From NCBI GenBank assembly GCA_036172245.1, contig JAYWIR010000157.1, forward strand, positions 1-55,195: a stretch of DNA of 55,195 nt, given 5' to 3'. Position numbers and translations under genes: made by a program. Origin of the DNA: Raillietiella orientalis (Eukaryota). Below are positions 38,246 through 50,200 of this stretch, one piece after another. Position 1 is the stretch's first letter. Every line of letters starts with the position of its first letter. The notes beneath the pieces were generated by a model. It did not search any database. It worked only from the letters and a program-made list of their open reading frames with translations, and was not told the DNA's origin.

Positions 38246-41200
38246 TGGCAACCATTTTTGCAATGCACAGATCAAATTTTTTTCCCTCCATCTTCCTTTT
38301 TTTAGTGCAAATTTGCTGTGTTTGAGGATTTCAAATCATTTTCTATGAAGTCGATTTCATCGATGCGCTCCTTCCGTGCATCCTAACGGATTTCTTCCCC
38401 TTTCGATGCAAATGCACCTTTCTCACATCTCGACTTCCACCGAATCCCTTGCTCCACGAGAAGAAATCATAAGAGAACCGAACTGATTTCAAACAGGGAG
38501 GATTGGTCTTAGTCTGGTTTTCATGACAACCATTTTTGCAATGCACAGATCAAGTTTTTTTCCCTCCATCTTCCTTTTTTTAGTGCAAATTTGCTGTGTT
38601 TGAGGATTTCAAATCATTTTCTATGATGTCGATTCCATCGATGCGCTCCTTGCGTGCATCCTAACGGATTTCTTCCCCTTTGGATGCAAATGCACCTTTC
38701 TCACATCTCGACTTCCACCGAATCCCTTGCTCCACGAGAAGAAATCATAAGAGAACCGAACTGATTTCAAACAGGGAGGATTGGTCTTAGTCTGGTTTTC
38801 ATGACAACCATTTTTGCAATGCACAGATCAAGTTTTTCCCTCCATCTTCCTTTTTTCAGTGCAAATTTGCAGTGTTTGGTGATTTCAAATCATTTTCTAT
38901 GATGTCGATTCCATCGATGCGCTCCTTCCGTGCATCCTAACGGATTCCGTCCCCTTTCGATGCAAATGCACCTTTCTGACATCCCGACTTCTTCCGAATC
39001 CCTTGCTACACGCAAAGAATTCATAAGAGAACCGAACTAATTTCAAAAGGGGAGGATTGGTCTTAGTCAGGTTTTCATGACAACCATTTTTGCAATGCAC
39101 AGATCAACTTTTTTTCCCTCCATCTTCCTTTTTTCGGTGCAAATTTGAGGGGTGTGGTGATTTCAAATCATTTTCTATGATGTCGATTCCATCGATGCGC
39201 TCCTTTCGTGCATCCGAACGGATTCCTTCCCCTTTCGATGCAAATGCACCTTTCTCACATCCCGACTTCCTCCGAATCCCTTGCTCCACGAGAAGAAATC
39301 ATAAGAGAACCGAACTGATTTCAAACAGGGAGGATTGGTCTTAGTCTGGTTTTCATGACAACCATTTTTGCAATGCACAGATCAAGTTTTTTTCCCTCCA
39401 TCTTCCTTTTTTTAGTGCAAATTTGCTGTGTTTGAGGATTTCAAATCATTTTCTATGATGTCGATTCCATCGATGCGCTCCTTCCGTGCATCCTAACGGA
39501 TTTCTTCCCCTTTGGATGCAAATGCACCTTTCTCACATCTCGACTTCCACCGAATCCCTTGCTCCACGAGAAGAAATCATAAGAGAACCGAACTGAATTC
39601 AAAAAGGGAGGATTGGTCTTAGTCTGGTTTTCATGGCAACCATTTTTGCAATGCACAGATCAAGTTTTTTTCCCTCCATCTTCCTTTTTTCAGTGCAAAT
39701 TTGCAGTGTTTGGTGATTTCAAATCATTTTCTATGATGTCGATTCCATCGATGCGCTCCTTCCGTGCATCCGAACGGATTCCTTCCCCTTTCGATGCAAA
39801 TGCACCTTTCTCACATCCCGACTTCTTCCGATTCCCTTGCTCCACGCGAAGAAATCATCCGAGAACCGAACTAATTTGAAAAGGGGAGGATTGGTCTTAG
39901 TCTGGTTTTCATGGCAACCATTTTTGCAATGCACAGATCAAGTTTTTTTCCCTCCATCTTCCTTTTTTCAGTGCAAATTTGCAGTGTTTGGTGATTTCAA
40001 ATCCTTTTCTATGATGTCGATTCCATCGATGCGCTCCTTCCGTGCATCCGAACGGATTCCTTCCCCTTTGGATGCAAATGCACCTTTCTCACATCCCGAC
40101 TTCTTCCGATTCCCTTGCTCCACGCGAAGAAATCAACCGAGAACCGAACTAATTTGAAAAGGGGAGGATTGGTCTTAGTCTGGTTTTCATGGCAACCATT
40201 TTTGCAATGCACAGATGAAGTTTTTTTCCCTCCATCTTCCTTTTTTCAGTGCAAATTTGCTGTGTTTGAGGATTTCAAATCATTTTCTATTAAGTCGATT
40301 TCATCGATGCGCTCCTTGCGTGCATCCTAACGGATTTCTTCCCCTTTCGATGCAAATGCACCTTTCTCACATCCCGACTTCCTCCGAATCCCTTGCTACA
40401 CGCAAAGAATTCATAAGAGAACCGAACTAATTTCAAAAGGGGAGGATTGGTCTTAGTCTGGTTTTCATGACAACCATTTTTGCAATGCACAGATCAAGTT
40501 TTTTTCCCTCCATCTTCCTTTTTTTAGTGCAAATTTGCTGTGTTTGAGGATTTCAAATCATTTTCTATGATGTCGATTCCATCGATGCGCTCCTTCCGTG
40601 CATCCTAACGGATTTCTTCCCCTTTGGATGCAAATGCACCTTTCTCACATCTCGACTTCCACCGAATCCCTTGCTCCACGAGAAGAAATCATAAGAGAAC
40701 CGAACTGAATTCAAACAGGGAGGATTGGTCTTAGTCTGGTTTTCATGACAACCATTTTTGCAATGCACAGATCAAGTTTTTTTCCCTCCATCTTCCTTTT
40801 TTCAGTGCAAATTTGCAGTGTTTGGTGATTTCAAATCATTTTCTATGATGTCGATTCCATCGATGCGCTCCTTCCGTGCATCCTAACGGATTCCTTCCCC
40901 TTTCGATGCAAATGCACCTTTCTCACATCCCGACTTCTTCCGAATCCCTTGCTACACGCAAAGAATTCATAAGAGAACCGAACTAATTTCAAAAGGGGAG
41001 GATTGGTCTTGGTCTGGTTTTCATGACAACCATTTTTGCAATGCACAGATCAACTTTTTTCCCTCCATCTTCCTTTTTTCGGTGCAAATTTGAGGGGTTT
41101 GGTGATTTCAAATCATTTTCTATGATGTGGATTCGATCGTTGGGCTCCTTCCGAGCATACTAACGGTTTCCTTCCCCTTTGGATGCAAATGCACCTTTCT

Positions 41201-44200
41201 CACATCCCGACTTCCTCCGAATCCCTTGCTCCACGAGAAGAAATCATAAGAGAACCGAACTAATTTCAAAAGGGAGGATTGGTCTTAGTCTGGTTTTCAT
41301 GACAACCATTTTTGCAATGCACAGATCAAGTTTTTTCCTCCATCTTCCTTTTTTAGTGCAAATTTGCTGTGTTTGAGGATTTCAAATCATTTTCTATGAT
41401 GTCGATTTCATCGATGCGCTCCTTGCGTGCATCCTAACGGATTTCTTCCCCTTTGGATGCAAATGCACCTTTCTCACATCCCGACTTCCTCCGAATCCCT
41501 TGCTCCACGAGAAGAAATCATAAGAGAACCGAACTGATTTCAAACAGGGAGGATTGGTCTTAGTCTGGTTTTCATGACAACCATTTTTGCAATGCACAGA
41601 TCAAGTTTTTTTCCCTCCATCTTCCTTTTTTCAGTGCAAATTTGCAGTGTTTGGTGATTTCAAATCATTTTCTATGATGTCGATTCCATCGATGCGCTCC
41701 TTCCGTGCATCCGAACGGATTCCTTCCCCTTTCGATGCAAATGCACCTTTCTCACATCCCGACTTCTTCCGATTCCCTTGCTCCACGCGAAGAAATCATC
41801 CGAGAACCGAACTAATTTCAAAAGGGGAGGATTGGTCTTAGTCTGGTTTTCATGACAACCATTTTTGCAATGCACAGATCAAGTTTTTTTCCCTCCATCT
41901 TCCTTTTTTCAGTGCAAATTTGCAGTGTTTGGTGATTTCAAATCATTTTCTATGATGTCGATTCCATCGATGCGCTCCTTCCGTGCATCCGAACGGATTC
42001 CTTCCCCTTTCGATGCAAATGCACCTTTCTCACATCCCGACTTCCTCCGAATCCCTTGCTCCACGAGAAGAAATCATAAGAGAACCGAACTGATTTCAAA
42101 CAGGGAGGATTGGTCTTAGTCTGGTTTTCATGACAACCATTTTTGCAATGCACAGATCAAGTTTTTTTCCCTCCATCTTCCTTTTTTCAGTGCAAATTTG
42201 ATGTGTTTGGTGATTTCAAATCATTTTCTATGATGTCGATTCCATCGATGCGCTCCTTCCGTGCATCCTAACGGATTCCTTCCCCTTTCGATGCAAATGC
42301 ACCTTTCTCACATCCCGACTTCTTCCGATTCCCTTGCTCCACGCGAAGAAATCATCCGAGAACCGAACTAATTTCAAAAGGGGAGGATTGGTCTTAGTCT
42401 GGTTTTCATGACAACCATTTTTGCAATGCACAGATCAAGTTTTTTTCCCTCCATCTTCCTTTTTTTAGTGCAAATTTGCTGTGTTTGAGGATTTCAAATC
42501 ATTTTCTATGATGTCGATTTCATCGATGCGCTCCTTGCGTGCATCCTAACGGATTTCTTCCCCTTTGGATGCAAATGCACCTTTCTCACATCCCGACTTC
42601 CTCCGAATCCCTTGCTCCACGAGAAGAAATCATAAGAGAACCGAACTGATTTCAAACAGGGAGGATTGGTCTTAGTCTGGTTTTCATGACAACCATTTTT
42701 GCAATGCACAGATCAAGTTTTTTTCCCTCCATCTTCCTTTTTTCAGTGCAAATTTGCAGTGTTTGAGGATTTCAAATCATTTTCTATGATGTCGATTTCA
42801 TCGATGCGCTCCTTGCGTGCATCCTAACGGATTTCTTCCCCTTTGGATGCAAATGCACCTTTCTCACATCCCGACTTCCTCCGAATCCCTTGCTACACGC
42901 AAAGAATTCATAAGAGAACCGAACTGATTTCAAACAGGGAGGATTGGTCTTAGTCTGGTTTTCATGGCAACCATTTTTGCAATGCACAGATCAAGTTTTT
43001 TTCCCTCCATCTTCCTTTTTTGAGTGCAAATTTGCAGTGTTTGAGGATTTCAAATCATTTTCTATGATGTCGATTTCATCGATGCGCTCCTTGCGTGCAT
43101 CCTAACGGATTTCTTCACCTTTGGATGCAAATGCACCTTTCTCACATCCCAACTTGCTCCGAATCCCTTGCTCCACGAGAAGAAATCATAAGAGAACCGA
43201 ACTCATTTTAAACAGGGAGGATTGGTCTTAGTCTGGTTTTCTTGACAACCATTTTTACAATGCACAGATCAAGTTTTTTTCCCTCCATCTTCCTTTTTTT
43301 AGTGCAAATTTGCTGTGTTTGAGGATTTCAAATCATTTTCTATGATGTCGATTCCATCGATGCGCTCCTTCCGTGCATCCTAACGGATTTAATCCCCTTT
43401 GGATGCGAATGCACCTTCCTCACATCTCGACTTCCACCGAATCCCTTGCTCCACAAGAAGAATTCCTAAGAGAACCGAACTGAATTCAAAATGGAGGATT
43501 GGTCTTAGTCTGGTTTTCATGGCAACCATTTTTGCAATGCACAGATGAAGTTTTTTTCCCTCCATCTTCCTTTTTTCAGTGCAAATTTGCAGTGTTTGGT
43601 GATTTCAAATCATTTTCTATGATGTCGATTCCATCGATGCGCTCCTTCCGTGCATCCGAACGGATTCCTTCCCCTTTGGATGCAAATGCACCTTTCTCAC
43701 ATCTCGACTTCTTCCGATTCCCTTGCTCCACGCGAAGAAATCAACCGAGAACCGAACTAATTTGAAAACGGGAGGATTGGTCTTAGTCTGGTTTTCATGG
43801 CAACCATTTTTGCAATGCACAGATCAAGTTTTTTTCCCTCCATCTTCCTTTTTTCAGTGCAAATTTGCAGTGTTTGATGATTTCAAATCATTTTCTATGA
43901 TGTCGATTCCATCGATGCGCTCCTTCCGTGCATCCGAACGGATTCCTTCCCCTTTGGATGCAAATGCACCTTTCTCACATCTCGACTTCTTCCGATTCCC
44001 TTGCTCCACGCGAAGAAATCAACCGAGAACCGAACTAATTTGAAAAGGGGAGGATTGGTCTTAGTCTGGTTTTCATGGCAACCATTTTTGCAATGCACAG
44101 ATCAAGTTTTTTTCCCTCCATCTTCCTTTTTTCAGTGCAAATTTGCAGTGTTTGAGGATTTCAAATCATTTTCTATGAAGTCGATTTCATCGATGCGCTC

Positions 44201-47200
44201 CTTGCGTGCATCCTAACGGATTTCTTCCCCTTTGGATGCAAATGCACCTTTCTCACATCCCGACTTCCTCCGAATTTCTTGCTACACGCAAAGAATTCAT
44301 AAGAGAACCGAACTGATTTCAAACATGGAGGATTGGTCTTAGTCTGGTTTTCATGACAACCATTTTTGCAATGCACAGATCAAGTTTTTTTCCCTCCATC
44401 TTCCTTTTTTTAGTGCAAATTTGCTGTGTTTGAGGATTTCAAATCATTTTCTATGATGTCGATTTCATCGATGCGCTCCTTGCGTGCATCCTAACGGATT
44501 TCTTCCCCTTTGGATGCAAATGCACCTTTCTCACATCCCGACTTCCTCCGAATCCCTTGCTCCACGAGAAGAAATCATAAGAGAACCGAACTGATTTCAA
44601 ACAGGGAGGATTGGTCTTAGTCTGGTTTTCATGACAACCATTTTTGCAATGCACAGATCAAGTTTTTTTCCCTCCATCTTCCTTTTTTCAGTGCAAATTT
44701 GCAGTGTTTGGTGATTTCAAATCATTTTCTATGATGTCGATTCCATCGATGCGCTCCTTCCGTGCATCCTAACGGATTCCGTCCCCTTTCGATGCAAATG
44801 CACCTTTCTGACATCCCGACTTCTTCCGAATCCCTTGCTACACGCAAAGAATTCATAAGAGAACCGAACTAATTTCAAAAGGGGAGGATTGGTCTTAGTC
44901 TGGTTTTCATGACAACCATTTTTGCAATGCACAGATCAAGTTTTTTTCCCTCCATCTTCCTTTTTTTAGTGCAAATTTGCTGTGTTTGAGGATTTCAAAT
45001 CATTTTCTATGATGTCGATTCCATCGATGCGCTCCTTCCGTGCATCCTAACGGATTCTTCCCCTTTGGATGCAAATGCACCTTTCTCACATCCCGACTTC
45101 CTCCGAATCCCTTGCTCCACGAGAAGAAATCATAAGAGAACCGAACTGATTTCAAACAGGGAGGATTGGTCTTAGTCTGGTTTTCATGACAACCATTTTT
45201 GCAATGCACAGATCAAGTTTTTTTCCCTCCATCTTCCTTTTTTTAGTGCAAATTTGCTGTGTTTGAGGATTTCAAATCATTTTCTATGATGTCGATTTCA
45301 TCGATGCGCTCCTTCCGTGCATCCTAACGGATTTCTTCCCCTTTGGATGCAAATGCACCTTTCTCACATCCCGACTTCCTCCGAATCCCTTGCTCCACGA
45401 GAAGAAATCATAAGAGAACCGAACTGATTTCAAACAGGGAGGATTGGTCTTAGTCTGGTTTTCATGACAACCATTTTTGCAATGCACAGATCAAGTTTTT
45501 TTCCCTCCATCTTCCTTTTTTTAGTGCAAATTTGCTGTGTTTGAGGATTTCAAATCATTTTCTATGATGTCGATTCCATCGATGCGCTCCTTCCGTGCAT
45601 CCTAACGGATTTCTTCCCCTTTGGATGCAAATGCACCTTTCTCACATCCCGACTTCCTCCGAATCCCTTGCTCCACGAGAAGAAATCATAAGAGAACCGA
45701 ACTGATTTCAAACAGGGAGGATTGGTCTTAGTCTGGTTTTCATGACAACCATTTTTGCAATGCACAGATCAAGTTTTTTTCCCTCCATCTTCCTTTTTTT
45801 AGTGCAAATTTGCTGTGTTTGAGGATTTCAAATCATTTTCTATGATGTCGATTTCATCGATGCGCTCCTTCCGTGCATCCTAACGGATTTCTTCCCCTTT
45901 GGATGCAAATGCACCTTTCTCACATCCCGACTTCCTCCGAATCCCTTGCTCCACGAGAAGAAATCATAAGAGAACCGAACTGATTTCAAACAGGGAGGAT
46001 TGGTCTTAGTCTGGTTTTCATGACAACCATTTTTGCAATGCACAGATCAAGTTTTTTTCCCTCCATCTTCCTTTTTTTAGTGCAAATTTGCTGTGTTTGA
46101 GGATTTCAAATCATTTTCTATGATGTCGATTTCATCGATGCGCTCCTTGCGTGCATCCTAACGGATTTCTTCCCCTTTGGATGCAAATGCACCTTTCTCA
46201 CATCCCGACTTCCTCCGAATCCCTTGCTCCACGAGAAGAAATCATAAGAGAACCGAACTGATTTCAAACAGGGAGGATTGGTCTTAGTCTGGTTTTCATG
46301 ACAACCATTTTTGCAATGCACAGATCAAGTTTTTTTCCCTCCATCTTCCTTTTTTTAGTGCAAATTTGCTGTGTTTGAGGATTTCAAATCATTTTCTATG
46401 ATGTCGATTCCATCGATGCGCTCCTTCCGTGCATCCTAACGGATTTCTTCCCCTTTGGATGCAAATGCACCTTTCTCACATCTCGACTTCCACCGAATCC
46501 CTTGCTCCACGAGAAGAAATCATAAGAGAACCGAACTGAATTCAAACAGGGAGGATTGGTCTTAGTCTGGTTTTCATGACAACCATTTTTGCAATGCACA
46601 GATCAAGTTTTTTTCCCTCCATCTTCCTTTTTTTAGTGCAAATTTGCTGTGTTTGAGGATTTCAAATCATTTTCTATGATGTCGATTCCATCGATGCGCT
46701 CCTTCCGTGCATCCTAACGGATTTCTTCCCCTTTGGATGCAAATGCACCTTTCTCACATCTCGACTTCCACCGAATCCCTTGCTCCACGAGAAGAAATCA
46801 TAAGAGAACCGAACTGATTTCAAACAGGGAGGATTGGTCTTAGTCTGGTTTTCATGACAACCATTTTTGCAATGCACAGATCAAGTTTTTTTCCCTCCAT
46901 CTTCCTTTTTTTAGTGCAAATTTGCTGTGTTTGAGGATTTCAAATCATTTTCTATGATGTCGATTCCATCGATGCGCTCCTTCCGTGCATCCTAACGGAT
47001 TTCTTCCCCTTTGGATGCAAATGCACCTTTCTCACATCTCGACTTCCACCGAATCCCTTGCTCCACGAGAAGAAATCCTAAGAGAACCGAACTGAATTCA
47101 AACAGGGAGGATTGGTCTTAGTATTGTTTTCATGACAACCATTTTTGCAATGCACAGATCAAGTTTTTTTCCCTCCATCTTCCTTTTTTTAGTGCAAATT

Positions 47201-50200
47201 TGCTGTGTTTGAGGATTTCAAATCATTTTCTATGATGTCGATTCCATCGATGCGCTCCTTCCGTGCATCCGAACGGATTCCTTCCCCTTTCGATGCAAAT
47301 GCACCTTTCTCACATCCCGACTTCTTCCGATTCCCTTGCTCCACGCGAAGAAATCAACCGAGAACCGAACTAATTTCAAAAGGGGAGGATTGGTCTTAGT
47401 CTGGTTTTCATGACAACCATTTTTGCAATGCACAGATCAACTTTTTTTCCCTCCATCTTCCTTTTTTCGGTGCAAATTTGAGGGGTGTGGTGATTTCAAA
47501 TCATTTTCTATGATGTCGATTCCATCGATGCGCTCCTTGCGTGCATCCTAACGGATTTCTTCCCCTTTGGATGCAAATGCACCTTTCTCACATCCCGACT
47601 TCCTCCGAATCCCTTGCTCCACGAGAAGAAATCATAAGAGAACCGAACTGATTTCAAACAGGGAGGATTGGTCTTAGTCTGGTTTTCATGACAACCATTT
47701 TTGCAATGCACAGATCAAGTTTTTTTCCCTCCATCTTCCTTTTTTTAGTGCAAATTTGCTGTGTTTGAGGATTTCAAATCATTTTCTATGATGTCGATTT
47801 CATCGATGCGCTCCTTGCGTGCATCCTAACGGATTTCTTCCCCTTTGGATGCAAATGCACCTTTCTCACATCCCGACTTCCTCCGAATCCCTTGCTCCAC
47901 GAGAAGAAATCATAAGAGAACCGAACTGATTTCAAACAGGGAGGATTGGTCTTAGTCTGGTTTTCATGACAACCATTTTTGCAATGCACAGATCAAGTTT
48001 TTTTCCCTCCATCTTCCTTTTTTTAGTGCAAATTTGCTGTGTTTGAGGATTTCAAATCATTTTCTATGATGTCGATTCCATCGATGCGCTCCTTCCGTGC
48101 ATCCTAACGGATTTCTTCCCCTTTGGATGCAAATGCACCTTTCTCACATCTCGACTTCCACCGAATCCCTTGCTCCACGAGAAGAAATCATAAGAGAACC
48201 GAACTGATTTCAAAAGGGAGGATTGGTCTTAGTCTGGTTTTCATGACAACCATTTTTGCAATGCACAGATCAAGTTTTTTTCCCTCCATCTTCCTTTTTT
48301 CAGTGCAAATTTGCAGTGTTTGGTGATTTCAAATCATTTTCTATGATGTCGATTCCATCGATGCGCTCCTTCCGTGCATCCTAACGGATTCCGTCCCCTT
48401 TCGATGCAAATGCACCTTTCTGACATCCCGACTTCTTCCGAATCCCTTGCTACACGCAAAGAATTCATAAGAGAACCGAACTAATTTCAAAAGGGGAGGA
48501 TTGGTCTTAGTCTGGTTTTCATGGCAACCATTTTTGCAATGCACAGATCAACTTTTTTTCCCTCCATCTTCCTTTTTTCGGTGCAAATTTGAGGGGTGTG
48601 GTGATTTCAAATCATTTTCTATGATGTTGATTCCATCGATGCGCTCCTTCCGTGCATCCGAACGGATTCCTTCCCCTTTAGATGCAAATGCACCTTTCTC
48701 ACATCCCGACTTCTTCCGATTCCCTTGCTCCACGCGAAGAAATCATCCGAGAACCGAACTAATTTGAAAAGGGGAGGATTGGTCTTAGTCTGGTTTTCAT
48801 GACAACCATTTTTGCAATGCACAGATCAAATTTTTTTCCCTCCATCTTCCTTTTTTTAGTGCAAATTTGCTGTGTTTGAGGATTTCAAATCATTTTCTAT
48901 GATGTCGATTCCATCGATGCGCTCCTTCCGTGCATCCGAACGGATTCCTTCCCCTTTAGATGCAAATGCACCTTTCTCACATCCCGACTTCCTCCGAATC
49001 CCTTGCTCCACGAGAAGAAATCATAAGAGAACCGAACTGATTTCAAACAGGGAGGATTGGTCTTAGTCTGGTTTTCATGACAACCATTTTTGCAATGCAC
49101 AGATCAAGTTTTTTTCCCTCCATCTTCCTTTTTTTAGTGCAAATTTGCTGTGTTTGAGGATTTCAAATCATTTTCTATGATGTCGATTCGATCGATGCGC
49201 TCCTTCCGTGCATCCTAACGGATTTCTTCCCCTTTGGATGCAAATGCACCTTTCTCACATCTCGACGTCCTCCGAATCCCTTGCTCCACGAGAAGAAATC
49301 ATAAGAGAACCGAACTGATTTTAAAAAGGGAGGATTGGTCTTAGTCTGGTTTTCATGGCAACCATTTTTGCAATGCACAGATCAAGTTTTTTTCCCTCCA
49401 TCTTCCTTTTTTCAGTGCAAATTTGCAGTGTTTGGTGATTTCAAATCATTTTCTATGATGTCGATTCCATCGATGCGCTCCTTCCGTGCATCCTAACGGA
49501 TTCCTTCCCCTTTGGATGCAAATGCACCTTTCTCACATCCCGACTTCCTCCGAATCCCTTGCTCCACGAGAAGAAATCATAAGAGAACCGAACTGATTTC
49601 AAACAGGGAGGATTGGTCTTAGTCTGGTTTTCATGACAACCATTTTTGCAATGCACAGATCAAGTTTTTTTCCCTCCATCTTCCTTTTTTCAGTGCAAAT
49701 TTGCAGTGTTTGGTGATTTCAAATCATTTTCTATGATGTCGATTCCATCGATGCGCTCCTTCCGTGCATCCTAACGGATTTCTTCTCCTTTGGATGCAAA
49801 TGCACCTTTCTCACATCTCGACTTCCACCGAATCCCTTGCTCCACGAGAAGAAATCATAAGAGAACCGAACTGATTTCAAACAGGGAGGATTGGTCTTAG
49901 TCTGGTTTTCATGACAACCATTTTTGCAATGCACAGATCAATTCCCTCCATCTTCCTTTTTTTAGTGCAAATTTGCTGTGTTTGAGGATTTCAAATCATT
50001 TTCTATGATGTCGATTTCATCGATGCGCTCCTTGCGTGCATCCTAACGGATTTCTTCCCCTTTGGATGCAAATGCACCTTTCTCACATCCCGACTTCCTC
50101 CGAATCCCTTGCTCCACGAGAAGAAATCATAAGAGAACCGAACTGATTTCAAACAGGGAGGATTGGTCTTAGTCTGGTTTTCATGACAACCATTTTTGCA

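Noticed and set aside
323..38348. Long plus-strand ORFs (up to 820 aa) made of a 60-aa repeat (MRCFPAKSPHLHVNDH...)
   Set aside because: 180 is a multiple of 3 and the monomer is stop-free in one frame, so long ORFs arise automatically. A second frame is also largely open, frameshifting indels are frequent, variants are often non-synonymous, and there is no recognisable domain or unique terminus.
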